60,463 nt of DNA from positions 1 to 60,463 of the IMG/VR virus record IMGVR_UViG_3300031861_000003. One strand, given 5' to 3'. The notes beneath the pieces were generated by a model that made no database searches, had not been told where the DNA came from, and saw only the letters and a list, made by a program, of their open reading frames with translations. The DNA is from a virus (lineage: Duplodnaviria > Caudoviricetes). Made by a program: the position numbers and the translations under genes. Shown piece by piece: positions 40,524 through 50,050 of this stretch; the stretch's first letter is position 1; every line of letters begins with the position of its first letter.

Positions 40524-41206
40524 TTTTCTTTAAAAACCTTATACTTTATACGAACCTTGTTAAGCGAATTAACAATCTGCTTTGTGCTTAATCCGGTGAT
40601 CTCTCGCATGTATAAGTAAATAGCTTTCTTATTGAAAATTTCTATATCATCAGAGGAATGTAATAGTATTTTGATGGCCTCGATTACTTTTCTATCATTT
40701 GCCTTAAGTTTTGTTACATCCCAATTTTCTATTTCTTTCCAGAGAAGAGAAATAAACTCATCTGCTTCTCTCACATTCTCATATTCATTTTGAACAGAGC
40801 AGAATTCAATCTCTGCTTTTTTTGACATTTCGTTAATATCAACTTCTGTATAATTTCTTCTCTTGTTCTTCTTTGTTTTTTGGATGAACCAGTTCTTGGT
40901 AATAACTGAGAAGTATGCAAAAGCTCTATGTCCCTTATCTGGATTATATTTATCAATGATTGTATTAAGCCATGATTTACATTCTTCTCTTAGTTCTTGC
41001 GAGTTTGGGAGGGCTGTAAATCTAAAACGAAATACAATTTTATCAACCATCTCTGAGAATACTGGTTGTATCATTTTTACATATAAGTTTTCTCTTTCTT
41101 CTCGATCATCAGACTTAATATAATCAATTATTGCTTGCTCATGTTCATCTCTAAAATAATGATTCTTTTTACTCTTACTCTTAGTTCTTCTTGCTCTACG
41201 TGCCAA
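40502..41206 (-). CDS. Phage late-transcription sigma factor (T4 gp55-like)
   Basis: HYF.., DKYNPDKG..AFAYFSVITKNWF region-2-like motif resembling gp55 FAYFTQI; TTG start with GGAG. Confidence 0.8.
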   Translation of the reverse strand: MARRARRTKSKSKKNHYFRDEHEQAIIDYIKSDDREERENLYVKMIQPVFSEMVDKIVFRFRFTALPNSQELREECKSWLNTIIDKYNPDKGHRAFAYFSVITKNWFIQKTKKNKRRNYTEVDINEMSKKAEIEFCSVQNEYENVREADEFISLLWKEIENWDVTKLKANDRKVIEAIKILLHSSDDIEIFNKKAIYLYMREITGLSTKQIVNSLNKVRIKYKVFKEKWDVGQI

Positions 41207-41217
41207 ACCTGTTTCTC

Positions 41218-41487
41218 CTATTCGGTTAAGTATTCTCTTATCACTTCTGATAACTCTTTGGCATGTCTTAAGAGATGAGCTAATGTTTCATCACCGTAGA
41301 ACATTTCCATTTCATGGACTTGATCTACATGATCTGCAAAATTATCAATAACTGCTTTCATTTCTTCTAGGTTCTCGCTTAATTTGAGAACCATAGTGGC
41401 CGCTCTAAACGAGTACCAAAACAGAAATATATTAGCAGCTATTGAAAGTGATGACAAAATAATAAGCATAATTGATAAATTGCTCAT
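41218..41487 (-). CDS. Small membrane-anchored protein
   Basis: N-terminal TM helix, coiled coil, EMFYGDETL motif. Confidence 0.65.
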   Translation of the reverse strand: MSNLSIMLIILSSLSIAANIFLFWYSFRAATMVLKLSENLEEMKAVIDNFADHVDQVHEMEMFYGDETLAHLLRHAKELSEVIREYLTE

Positions 41488-41741
41488 TCGTATTCTTTCC
41501 TTAATTCATTTTTCATTTCTTTCAATGACTGTTTGTTATCTTCAATGTATTCTTTGACAATATCACCAGCTTGTGGATCTATGTCTTGGCCCTTATTTAA
41601 AAGGGACACGGGTGTCGAAGGTACTCTCGTAAGAGTATCTTCAAATTCGCAAGCGGGACATGTGTTTAATGTCTCGCTCATTGAATGCCTTGTTTCATTA
41701 TATTGTTCACACTCTGAACAATAATAAGTATACTTAGGCAC
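41484..41741 (-). CDS. FmdB-family zinc-ribbon protein
   Basis: MPKYTYYCSEC...CPAC. Confidence 0.8.
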   Translation of the reverse strand: MPKYTYYCSECEQYNETRHSMSETLNTCPACEFEDTLTRVPSTPVSLLNKGQDIDPQAGDIVKEYIEDNKQSLKEMKNELRKEYE

Positions 41742-41955
41742 TAGTTTCTTCGTCCTCGACTTGTAAATCAGTATTAACTGTTGGAGGATTTTTGACGACT
41801 AATCCTTCGTTCGTGTTAACTAACTCAAATCCCTGTAGAACCGGAACTATGTCCGTTTGTGTTAAGAGGCTATTTTGTAACGCCATCATAACTGCTCCCA
41901 GAGCTTGATTCGATAGTTTCAGTGTCGTTTCCGTTGTTGTTTCTTGTTGACTCAT
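41734..41955 (-). CDS. Hypothetical protein
   Basis: 73 aa, first gene after the sigma70 promoter. Confidence 0.65.
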   Translation of the reverse strand: MSQQETTTETTLKLSNQALGAVMMALQNSLLTQTDIVPVLQGFELVNTNEGLVVKNPPTVNTDLQVEDEETSA

Positions 41956-42004
41956 TGTTGTTTCCTTTTCTATTGTCTTATAAGATTATAATCATCCTAT
42001 AACT

Positions 42005-42033
42005 AATATAGCCCGTTATACCTTACTTGTCAA
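42005..42033 (-). promoter_or_regulatory. Sigma70-type promoter for the operon containing the phage sigma factor
   Basis: TTGACA-17 nt-TATATT. Confidence 0.75.
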
Positions 42034-42054
42034 GTTTTTTCCTTGATAAGTTAT

Positions 42055-42624
42055 TTATACCTTCTTAATTAAAACCCCTAAAGCTGGATGCATTGTATTT
42101 AAAAATGCTTTATTTGATAATTTTTGTGGATATTGTCCCATTGTATTATTACAAACAAATAATATAAATTTATTGGAAACCGTTTCAGATAAATTTATTA
42201 ATTCTTCTGGCTTATATTCTCTAATATGATATTTGTTTTTGCATTTAAAAACATTATAGTTTGGAGTACTTATAAAAATACCTTCTGTACAAATTCTAAA
42301 CATATGTTTTATGAAAGCTTCATCATCTGGGATATGCTCTATTACATCGAAGGCTGTTACAAATTGAAAGGAGTTATCTTGTATTTTTGATATGTCTTCT
42401 TTAATATCTGCACTAAGTTCTGGTGCAGGTTCTTGAAGTGTTACTACGTTTTCATTTTGTGAAAGCCTTGATCTTGAATTTCCCAATCCGCTTCCAATAT
42501 CTAAAATTGATTTTTTTATTAATGTTCTTCCAATAAAATTTTGCCATCCTGGCTGTGAGTCTCTTCGTCCTGTCGATCCTCCCAAAAATGCTAAATCTAC
42601 AAACTCTTCATTTTCTCTCATCAT
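42055..42624 (-). CDS. Class I SAM-dependent methyltransferase
   Basis: ILDIGSGLG, FDVIEHI, ISTPN, HIREY motifs typical of glycan-locus methyltransferases. Confidence 0.85.
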   Translation of the reverse strand: MMRENEEFVDLAFLGGSTGRRDSQPGWQNFIGRTLIKKSILDIGSGLGNSRSRLSQNENVVTLQEPAPELSADIKEDISKIQDNSFQFVTAFDVIEHIPDDEAFIKHMFRICTEGIFISTPNYNVFKCKNKYHIREYKPEELINLSETVSNKFILFVCNNTMGQYPQKLSNKAFLNTMHPALGVLIKKV

Positions 42625-43243
42625 TATTTCTCTCTTTTTTTATTTTTTCTACCCTTTCTAACATAATTTGATGATATTCATAATGTTTTGGGTTTTGACA
42701 TAAAGCGCGGGAATCTTCTTTGACTATTAATTTAGGAGATATTAAAACTTTTTTATAGGTATTCATGTTTGTGAATAATAGATCCGCCTCTCTATACAAA
42801 ATTTCATCTTCTTCAAAATACATTTTATATTCTTTAAATATATTTAAAGAATCTTTTTCAAAAATGGAGCCCCACCCAACAAATTTATTTCTTGGGATAT
42901 TTAACCAATGTGTTTGAGGACAATTAGCAAGAATGCTACATTCTGATTTTAAATAATTTATATACATCTTTGATATGTTAGTTGGCATTTGATCATCATC
43001 TTGTACATAAATAATATTGTTAGATGCCATTGCTGCTGCTTCATATCTACCCAAAGTTATTTTATTAATATTTGAATTATTAATTACAATGTTAATATCT
43101 TTAAACATGTTTTCTTTATATTCACGAGTAACATCATTATTCCATAAAATAATTTCTGAAATTCCTCTCATATTGTAGATAGAATTAACTAAATAATTTG
43201 TTATTTCATGTCGTTTCCATACTAATATTATTGCTGTTATCAT
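42608..43243 (-). CDS. GT-A fold glycosyltransferase (GT2/GT64-like)
   Basis: EIILWNN, GRY, IYVQDDD (DxD). Confidence 0.7.
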   Translation of the reverse strand: MITAIILVWKRHEITNYLVNSIYNMRGISEIILWNNDVTREYKENMFKDINIVINNSNINKITLGRYEAAAMASNNIIYVQDDDQMPTNISKMYINYLKSECSILANCPQTHWLNIPRNKFVGWGSIFEKDSLNIFKEYKMYFEEDEILYREADLLFTNMNTYKKVLISPKLIVKEDSRALCQNPKHYEYHQIMLERVEKIKKERNNDERK

Positions 43244-43254
43244 TATTGTTTGAA

Positions 43255-44109
43255 TTAATATATATTTAATGCTTCTATGAAAATATTAATTGAATTATTA
43301 GATATTTTTCGCATTTCTTCAATTAGTTTTTTACCATCTTTTTTAAACCATGATTCAGATGCTGCACCAATTAATTTTTCTTGGGTTATAACCTTACAAT
43401 TTAACATTTTTGCTTCAACTACAATTCTTCCACAAGTTTCAAGATGGCCAGTCATAAAAATTAATCCATGATAACTACTCAATTTCTTTAAAAACTTTCT
43501 ATGGTCTGGAGAGGAGATTAGTTCAAAAGACAAATTATTATTTTTACAATATTTGATACAATCACTAGTTCTTTTAATTGGGTTATTCGAATCCATTATC
43601 GCATATTTATTATTTTTTGAAGTTTTTAAAAGAACTTCAATATAATCTAAATCCTCGGAAGTCCAGACGGAGGAACCCATTTTCTTAATATTCTTTAGGC
43701 CTGTGTTCTTTTCTATTGTATCTACTGCTAAATTTGTTAAGCACACAACTGCTTTTGCTTTTTCATAAAAATCACGGTTTATAATATCATTGGGTGGTGC
43801 TTTAAAGTTTTTATAAAATATTGGGTTTCTTGTTCTTAAATATTTGTGATCATGTTCATAAATTACATAATTTAAATTATGTCGTATATATTGCTTATTA
43901 GTTTCATTCAAAGTTACAAAATTAGAAATAATAAATGGTTTTTTTCTATTGTTCTCTAAAAATTCTATAGTCACATTTTTACAATGCACTTTTTTAACTG
44001 CAATATCATTTTTGCTAAAATATTTAAGAAGAGAATAATCATTTAGCTCCGCTCCTCCAGTTAGATCTTCATAAAAGAAATCTGCTATGAAATAAATTTC
44101 ACTATACAT
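43255..44109 (-). CDS. GT-B fold glycosyltransferase-like protein
   Basis: GGAELND start, YEHDHKY, ETCGRIVVEAKMLNCKVI. Confidence 0.7.
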   Translation of the reverse strand: MYSEIYFIADFFYEDLTGGAELNDYSLLKYFSKNDIAVKKVHCKNVTIEFLENNRKKPFIISNFVTLNETNKQYIRHNLNYVIYEHDHKYLRTRNPIFYKNFKAPPNDIINRDFYEKAKAVVCLTNLAVDTIEKNTGLKNIKKMGSSVWTSEDLDYIEVLLKTSKNNKYAIMDSNNPIKRTSDCIKYCKNNNLSFELISSPDHRKFLKKLSSYHGLIFMTGHLETCGRIVVEAKMLNCKVITQEKLIGAASESWFKKDGKKLIEEMRKISNNSINIFIEALNIY

Positions 44110-45358
44110 CTGTCATTTCTTCCAGTTCTCTAAACCATTCCTCAACAGCCGGGTCTGGATTATAAATCCCACTCACATACTTCTCATCAATCACTTCTTC
44201 ACTGAATTCTTTCTTTACCCATTTCTGTAGTTTCTGGGCCTTCTTCTTCCAATTCCCATACCCAGTGCGGACTTCTCGTAAACGTCGCTTAAAAGACCCT
44301 TCTCGGGCGAAAGACCACATAGAATCGGCCACGAGAACACCATCCCAAACAGCTTCCTTTTGAATAGGCTGTAAATCGTATTCTACGCTTGCGAACATGG
44401 GTTTATTTCTCTTCTTATTCTTTGGATCTGGAACATAAAGAAAATCACATTGTCCGGACCATCCTGGAACGATTACAGGCATTGCATTGTATACTGCTTC
44501 AAAGATAGGAAGCCCGAAGCCTTCTCCATGGCTTGTGCTTGTATAACACTTAATTTGAGGGTGATTATATAGAGAATTCATTTCTTGTTCATTCATATTT
44601 CCGTGTAAGAGATATACCTTGCACTTTCTATTTGGGAAGTTATTTAATACAACCTCCAACATTTCTTCTGTATGTTCTCTATCGATTCTATTATTCTTCT
44701 TAATCGAGGTCTTAACAACTAGTCCAACCTCTTGATCGAAGTTCTCCTCGCAGAACCATTGGATAAGTGTACCAAGATTCTTTCGAGGGCCCATTTGACA
44801 AACTGTTAGATAATTGAAATCATAGTCTAGTTTGAATCCAAGATCAATTACTTCATGTTCTTTTACTGGATATCCTACAACCTCGATAGGAGTAGTTAAG
44901 CTTAGAGTTACAGTTTCACCAGTTTCTGGATGTTGGCCTGTATAAACTGTATTCTCGAATACGTTCTTTGAGTGTTCTGAAATGGTGATCACTTTATCCA
45001 TCTCATTTGCTTTTTGTAGCCACTCTGGTGCAACCTTTGTTGTTTCAATTCCCGCTGTAATACCAATATTAACTGGAGCTAGCCTTTCCCATTCATTTGG
45101 GATTGTGACTTGTAGTGAAATATCAAAGTGTTCTTTATTATTGATGGCTATTTGAGTCTCCGCAATAATCTTATCTAGATCTTTGCGCTCTTGTGTGTCT
45201 TCTGAAATCCAGCCAGTTTGACCCCAGTTAGCTGGTACCACATACAACTTGAATAAGTCTGGACGCTTGGCCAGTGAACGATATACTGTTCTAGCGTGTA
45301 CTCCATAGCCTGAAGATGTTAAAATTGGACCTCTGATTAAAATTCTCTTAATTGACAT
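44102..45358 (-). CDS. GT4-family glycosyltransferase
   Basis: SGYGVHAR, PRKNL, HGEGFGLPIFEA, VIVPGWSG. Confidence 0.88.
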   Translation of the reverse strand: MSIKRILIRGPILTSSGYGVHARTVYRSLAKRPDLFKLYVVPANWGQTGWISEDTQERKDLDKIIAETQIAINNKEHFDISLQVTIPNEWERLAPVNIGITAGIETTKVAPEWLQKANEMDKVITISEHSKNVFENTVYTGQHPETGETVTLSLTTPIEVVGYPVKEHEVIDLGFKLDYDFNYLTVCQMGPRKNLGTLIQWFCEENFDQEVGLVVKTSIKKNNRIDREHTEEMLEVVLNNFPNRKCKVYLLHGNMNEQEMNSLYNHPQIKCYTSTSHGEGFGLPIFEAVYNAMPVIVPGWSGQCDFLYVPDPKNKKRNKPMFASVEYDLQPIQKEAVWDGVLVADSMWSFAREGSFKRRLREVRTGYGNWKKKAQKLQKWVKKEFSEEVIDEKYVSGIYNPDPAVEEWFRELEEMTDV

Positions 45359-46619
45359 TTCCTACCTCCTTGATTTCCCAAGCTTCATAGCCTTCTCTTG
45401 TTTCCCAAGAGCCGTGACGTTCGTGAATAGATGTGATTTCATCAACCCATCGTTTGGTGAAGTCTTCAAAATTATAGTTTTTAGCAACGTGCTTTTTCCC
45501 TTGAGAAATCATTTTCTTTCTTTTTGTTTTGGACATCTTATACATTTCTCTTAAAGCATTAATAAAATCTTCTTTCGAAACACGATCTTCATAAATGTAT
45601 GGAACGGACTGTGATCCGATAATTGCTTTTGATGCTGGTTCAATACCAATCCCAAACCACTTCTTGCCATCTGTAACCTGTTCTTGAAGTCCACCAGTCA
45701 TACTCACAATAATTGGAGTACCACAGGACAAAGACTCCAGTGTCGCCAAGCCAAATCCTTCTGCATCTGAAATATTGATTGTACAATCTGAAATGTTATA
45801 CATTACAGCTAGGGCCTCGGGTGGAATCTTTTTAGTTGATAACATGATTCTACCATCATCTGCTTCAAGATGATTGATAATGTGAGCTAAGTCTTGGCCG
45901 TGCTTATCTTTTGGATCAGTATGCATAATGAGCCTTACGTTCTCTGGTCCAACTTGTTCTGCGAATTCGTTAAACCAATGAACAAGACTTCCGCTCATCT
46001 TGCGTCGTGCATTTCTGTTATTCCAAAAGAATGTAAATCTCTGATCATCTTCAAAGTGTTGTTCTTTAAGTTCCTGTACTGTTTCTTCTGGGAAAGCTTG
46101 GAAGACTTCTGAGTTAACCGCGTGTGGTAAATAATGTGCTTCTACGTTTGGAGATACCGTTGTAACAATATCGTGAGTTACTTTCGAGATGTTAAACACA
46201 ACATCTGTAGACTGATAAAATTTATTATTATAGTGTGGATATGGATAATTATCCCAAACGTGATAATAAACCATCGGAATGTGTGGCCGGACCTCGTTTT
46301 CAATTTCCCACAACCAAGCCCAGTATCTTGGGTCGGTCATAAAGAATAATAGATCTGGCTTCTCTGTCCAAATAGCAGAACGAATCATTTCTTGTGTTCC
46401 GTATCCGTCTACTGGAATGACTGTCCAGTCTTCTCCGTATTCTTCTGTTCTCTGAGGCTTATAGCTAGCATGTTTAAGTGCTCCTCCGAGGTTAATGATT
46501 GAAAACTTACCTGTTTTAAGGAGGGCTTCACAAATATATTTTAATTGTGTTCCAACTCCAGAAGGTGCGAAAGGAGAATCTCCTAACATTAGTATTTTTA
46601 TTTTCTTATTCTCTGACAT
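45348..46619 (-). CDS. GT4-family glycosyltransferase
   Basis: PSGVG, NRNARRK, AEGFGLATLESLSCGTPII..TGGLQE. Confidence 0.9.
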   Translation of the reverse strand: MSENKKIKILMLGDSPFAPSGVGTQLKYICEALLKTGKFSIINLGGALKHASYKPQRTEEYGEDWTVIPVDGYGTQEMIRSAIWTEKPDLLFFMTDPRYWAWLWEIENEVRPHIPMVYYHVWDNYPYPHYNNKFYQSTDVVFNISKVTHDIVTTVSPNVEAHYLPHAVNSEVFQAFPEETVQELKEQHFEDDQRFTFFWNNRNARRKMSGSLVHWFNEFAEQVGPENVRLIMHTDPKDKHGQDLAHIINHLEADDGRIMLSTKKIPPEALAVMYNISDCTINISDAEGFGLATLESLSCGTPIIVSMTGGLQEQVTDGKKWFGIGIEPASKAIIGSQSVPYIYEDRVSKEDFINALREMYKMSKTKRKKMISQGKKHVAKNYNFEDFTKRWVDEITSIHERHGSWETREGYEAWEIKEVGNVN

Positions 46620-46631
46620 TTATTGGCTATC

Positions 46632-47456
46632 CTATGGGCAATGTTTAGTTTTATGAAACTCACATTTTGCACATGATAAGCGGTTTTTAATATGTCTGTT
46701 TCTCTGAATATTATTAACTGCTTTTTCTAAGAGGGCCATAGCATTATCAGTTTTCTTTTCACCACTGGTTACTCTGAAAATTTCTACTCTGTTTTTCTTA
46801 GAAGTTCTTTTAAGGAGTGCAAAATGAGTTTCTATTAATTTTGTATCGATATTATGCTTTTTAGCAAAGAAATGCTTGTAAAGCGTCAACTGATAAGTGA
46901 TAAGTTTATCAGTTCGTTTTTGAAGATTCCAACCCCAGCTACATGTTTTCCAATCAATGATATGATATTTACCATCTGCTGTTTTAACTACTAAATCAAT
47001 GAAGCCTTTGAAGTTGTTATCGTCTCCGAAGGCTTCGATGAGTTCATAGAGTTCTTCTTCTGTATTAACTACTTCGTATTCTCCAAAGTATTCTTTAACT
47101 GCTGGAAGTACTTCTGGTAGAATATCTCTTCCCTGTGTTTCCATTTGACGAATTAAATCTTCTCTTAATTCAAGATCAGAGGGTAAAGAAATTAACTCTC
47201 TTTCAAATTCTTTTTCAAACAGAACTTCTGTATTAATATCTTCTGTTAATAGAAGACTTTCACAAACAGTATGAACCGCAGTACCAAAGGCTGTGAATTC
47301 ATTACCCTTAAATTCTTTAATTTTATCTAGATATATAAGTTTATGTTTATAAGCACATTCAGACCAAATTCTCATTTCTGAGAAACTTATGTGCTTTCTT
47401 TTTTGACTTTGAAGATTTTTTTGATTTACGTTTTGACTTTTTGTTGTTGTTGTCAA
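46632..47456 (-). CDS. PD-(D/E)xK nuclease, Cas4/AddB-like (start uncertain)
   Basis: ISFS..C, FGTAVH, GFIDL, IIDWKT, QLTLY, C-terminal CAKCEF...C. Confidence 0.85.
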   Translation of the reverse strand: MTTTTKSQNVNQKNLQSQKRKHISFSEMRIWSECAYKHKLIYLDKIKEFKGNEFTAFGTAVHTVCESLLLTEDINTEVLFEKEFERELISLPSDLELREDLIRQMETQGRDILPEVLPAVKEYFGEYEVVNTEEELYELIEAFGDDNNFKGFIDLVVKTADGKYHIIDWKTCSWGWNLQKRTDKLITYQLTLYKHFFAKKHNIDTKLIETHFALLKRTSKKNRVEIFRVTSGEKKTDNAMALLEKAVNNIQRNRHIKNRLSCAKCEFHKTKHCP

Positions 47457-47796
47457 TTATGATCTCTACTTGTTCTTGTTCATTACTTAATATAACATCT
47501 TTTGTTGGTTTGTCAAGTGGTTTTTCAATAATTATTTCTTTTTCTGGTAAATTAAACTCAAATCTTCCAGTACACAAGCCTTTATTAACATTATTTAAGT
47601 TGTGCCCATAAGTCATTTTACCAACTTCAATATTATTATCTCTTAACCATTGGGTGACTTCACTCTTTGTACATGACATCCTGACTGGTTGATAGTTTTT
47701 TTCATATGGTGCCATTTCAACTGTTACTAGAACTGTTTCATTTATTGTTTCAGAACTTATTCTCTTATAAGATTCTTTAATTATTATATTGTACAT
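47359..47796 (-). CDS. Hypothetical protein with Lys/Ser-rich C-terminus
   Basis: 145 aa; overlaps the nuclease ORF and contains a TTGACA-16-TATATT promoter (47489-47516). Confidence 0.5.
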   Translation of the reverse strand: MYNIIIKESYKRISSETINETVLVTVEMAPYEKNYQPVRMSCTKSEVTQWLRDNNIEVGKMTYGHNLNNVNKGLCTGRFEFNLPEKEIIIEKPLDKPTKDVILSNEQEQVEIIIDNNNKKSKRKSKKSSKSKKKAHKFLRNENLV

Positions 47797-48506
47797 TCTT
47801 TATGAATTTCCCCTATTTTAGTAAATAGGGCTGGACTAATTTGTTTGAGGTATTTTCTTTCATCTAAGAAGTAATATTCAAATCCAGTAGCAAAATATTC
47901 TCTTATAGAGGTTGCTGCATAAGGAGAAGTAAAAATACCTTGTTGTGAGAAAATTACATTCAATAATTCATAACCGATATCTTTATAAAGAAATTCATCT
48001 AATTCCTTTGAGTATTCTGAATCAATGAATAAAGCTTGATTTGTTTTAAAACCCATTTCTTCTAAAATCTTCATTAACTTAACTCTTTTTCTTATGAATT
48101 CATCTTCTATCTTACTATCTCCATAAATTAGAAAGGAATACTTTGTTTCTAAAGAATGAGCAGTTTCATGAATGATATCATCTAATAAATCTGATTCATT
48201 ATCTTGAACATTACTGATGTATATTGCTCCATCTTTATAAAGAGCATTCAGGTCATGGTTAATTAACATCTCAAACTCTCCAATATACATTGAATCTATT
48301 TCTTCAAACATACTATCTGGTAAAGTTGTTTTCAACTGATCAATTACATTATTAAGATCAATCTTATTTTTAAAATTATCTTTTATATAAATATTAATAT
48401 TATTTAACTTGTATTCTTTATTCTCTGTCATATTATTTCTCCAAGAGTATTTTAAGTATTCTAAATGATAAACATTACCATCTATCTTAATCTTCTTATT
48501 AAACAT
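47784..48506 (-). CDS. Zincin-like metallopeptidase-fold protein
   Basis: IIHETAHSLE and YAATSIREYFATGFE. Start revised to ATG 48506 (leaderless) or the SD-led MTENK ATG at 48431, because the track start at 48542 is the -35 box. Confidence 0.7.
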   Translation of the reverse strand: MFNKKIKIDGNVYHLEYLKYSWRNNMTENKEYKLNNINIYIKDNFKNKIDLNNVIDQLKTTLPDSMFEEIDSMYIGEFEMLINHDLNALYKDGAIYISNVQDNESDLLDDIIHETAHSLETKYSFLIYGDSKIEDEFIRKRVKLMKILEEMGFKTNQALFIDSEYSKELDEFLYKDIGYELLNVIFSQQGIFTSPYAATSIREYFATGFEYYFLDERKYLKQISPALFTKIGEIHKECTI

Positions 48507-48513
48507 CTTATAT

Positions 48514-48542
48514 AGTATAGCATCCTTTTTGCTCGTTGTCAA
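48514..48542 (-). promoter_or_regulatory. Sigma70-type promoter with -35 inside a 9-bp inverted repeat
   Basis: TTGACA-17 nt-TATACT, TG extension, 7 nt to an in-frame ATG. Confidence 0.75.
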
Positions 48543-48559
48543 ATTCTTTTGACAACATT

Positions 48560-49867
48560 TTACAAGATCTTCGCTGCAAGGGTTGCAACTTCTGATCTTT
48601 CTCCCTTTTTGAGAGTGACGTGTCCAGCAATTCCGTATTCCTTGAACTGCTCAACAGCATGAGTTAATCCATTTGTAAGTTCATTAATATAAATATTATC
48701 AATCTGCTCAATATCTCCAGTTAATACTATTTTTGAGTTCTCTCCAACTCTTGTTAAAATAGTTTTTACTTCATGAGGAGTAATGTTTTGACACTCATCA
48801 ATAATAATAAAAGAATCTGGAATGCTTCGTCCTCGAATGAAACTGATTGCCTCAATCTCAATTGTTTTCTTATCCATATACATCTCCAGGGTTGCTTCAT
48901 CAGAACCAAGTAAATATTGAAGATTATCTTGAATTGGTTTAAGCCAGGGAAGCATTTTTTCTTCTAATGTACCAGGAAGAAAACCAATATCTTTTCCTAC
49001 GGGCTGAACAGGTCGAGAAATAAGTATTTTCTTATAAGATCCCGTGCCAAGCGTTAGAGTTTGTTCTAATCCAGCGGCGGAAGCAATAAGAGTTTTGCCT
49101 GCTCCTGGTGTACCTACCAGTGATACAACTTTAATATTTGGATCCAATAATAAATCCATAGCAAACATCTGCTCTTTGTTTCTCGGACATACTCCCCATA
49201 TTCCTTTTTTAAGGTCCGTTGGAAGCCTTCTTAAAGGAGTGTGTGGGTTAGTATATCTTGCTAATGCACTTTTCTTTTCATCCGTAGAACATACTAAAAT
49301 TAAGAATTCATTTGGTTTACAATCTTCGAGATCTAAAAAGACTTCTTCTCCAGCATAAAAACCATCGATGATATCTATATCGACAATAATCTCAGAATAT
49401 CCACTATAGAGGTTATCTCTTTTATCTATTACTCTGTTAGCAGTGTATTCTTCGACTTTAAGTCCCAAACTATCGCTGATAACTCTCATATTAATATCGC
49501 AAGTCACAACTACAACTTCTTCATTTGTTTCTTTCTGAGCAGCCAGCGCTGTCGACATTATAAGATGATCAGCATGCTTAAGATCTAAATCCTTTGGTAA
49601 TAATTCAGGACTGTGAGCCATAACTTTTACAATTCCTTGATATTCATTTAAAACAACACCCTCTCTAAGTGATCCTACATTTCTTAGATCGTCCAGAGTT
49701 CGAATTAGTTTTCTTGCTTGGAGGCCGACTCCATCTTGTCTATTTTTATGTTTATCCAGTTCTTCTAAAACCTTTATGGGTATAACAATATTATTATCTT
49801 CGAACTGGAAAATAGATTCTGCATCTGTTAAATAAACACTAGTATCAAGTATATATGTTTTCTTCAA
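48560..49867 (-). CDS. phoH: PIN-PhoH (PhoH2/YlaK-type) protein
   Basis: PIN: ILDTSV, VLEELD, ADHLI, VTCDINMR; PhoH: GTPGAGKT, IGFLPG, FIRGRS, IIDECQN, GDIEQID. Confidence 0.93.
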   Translation of the reverse strand: MKKTYILDTSVYLTDAESIFQFEDNNIVIPIKVLEELDKHKNRQDGVGLQARKLIRTLDDLRNVGSLREGVVLNEYQGIVKVMAHSPELLPKDLDLKHADHLIMSTALAAQKETNEEVVVVTCDINMRVISDSLGLKVEEYTANRVIDKRDNLYSGYSEIIVDIDIIDGFYAGEEVFLDLEDCKPNEFLILVCSTDEKKSALARYTNPHTPLRRLPTDLKKGIWGVCPRNKEQMFAMDLLLDPNIKVVSLVGTPGAGKTLIASAAGLEQTLTLGTGSYKKILISRPVQPVGKDIGFLPGTLEEKMLPWLKPIQDNLQYLLGSDEATLEMYMDKKTIEIEAISFIRGRSIPDSFIIIDECQNITPHEVKTILTRVGENSKIVLTGDIEQIDNIYINELTNGLTHAVEQFKEYGIAGHVTLKKGERSEVATLAAKIL

Positions 49868-49899
49868 GTTTGGTACCTCCGAGGTTTAATGTTCCGATG

Positions 49900-49932
49900 T
49901 AAGTAGTTGTTTGTAAACCGAAACACTACTTA
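49900..49932. promoter_or_regulatory. Back-to-back ACTACTTA late-type motifs at the strand switch
   Basis: TAAGTAGT (49900-49907) and ACTACTTA (49925-49932), pointing at phoH and the tRNA respectively. Confidence 0.6.
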
Positions 49933-49949
49933 TAAATATAAGATGGTAT

Positions 49950-50025
49950 GGGGGTGTAGCTCATCTGGGAGAGCATCTGCTTTGCACGCAGAAGGTAGCA
50001 GGTTCGAGTCCTGTCACCTCCACCA
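49950..50025 (+). tRNA. trnA: tRNA-Ala (anticodon TGC) with encoded CCA
   Basis: Acceptor stem GGGGGTG/CACCTCC with G3:U70, anticodon arm TCTGC-TTTGCAC-GCAGA, T-loop GTTCGAG, ACCA end; 76 nt. Confidence 0.97.
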
Positions 50026-50050
50026 TTTTATTGAAAATATGTTTATTTTC

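Noticed and set aside
46632-47456. Cas4-like nuclease as sign of a CRISPR system
   Set aside because: No repeat-spacer array or other cas genes are seen; solo Cas4-like nucleases are common in phages
737-49358. Many short plus-strand ORFs in the ORF track (and minus-strand ones after 51.7 kb)
   Set aside because: Antisense or alternate-frame shadows of long motif-bearing genes, with no RBS or recognisable motifs
49950-50025. tRNA as a prophage attachment site
   Set aside because: No duplicated tRNA 3' end or integrase; phage-type genes lie on both sides
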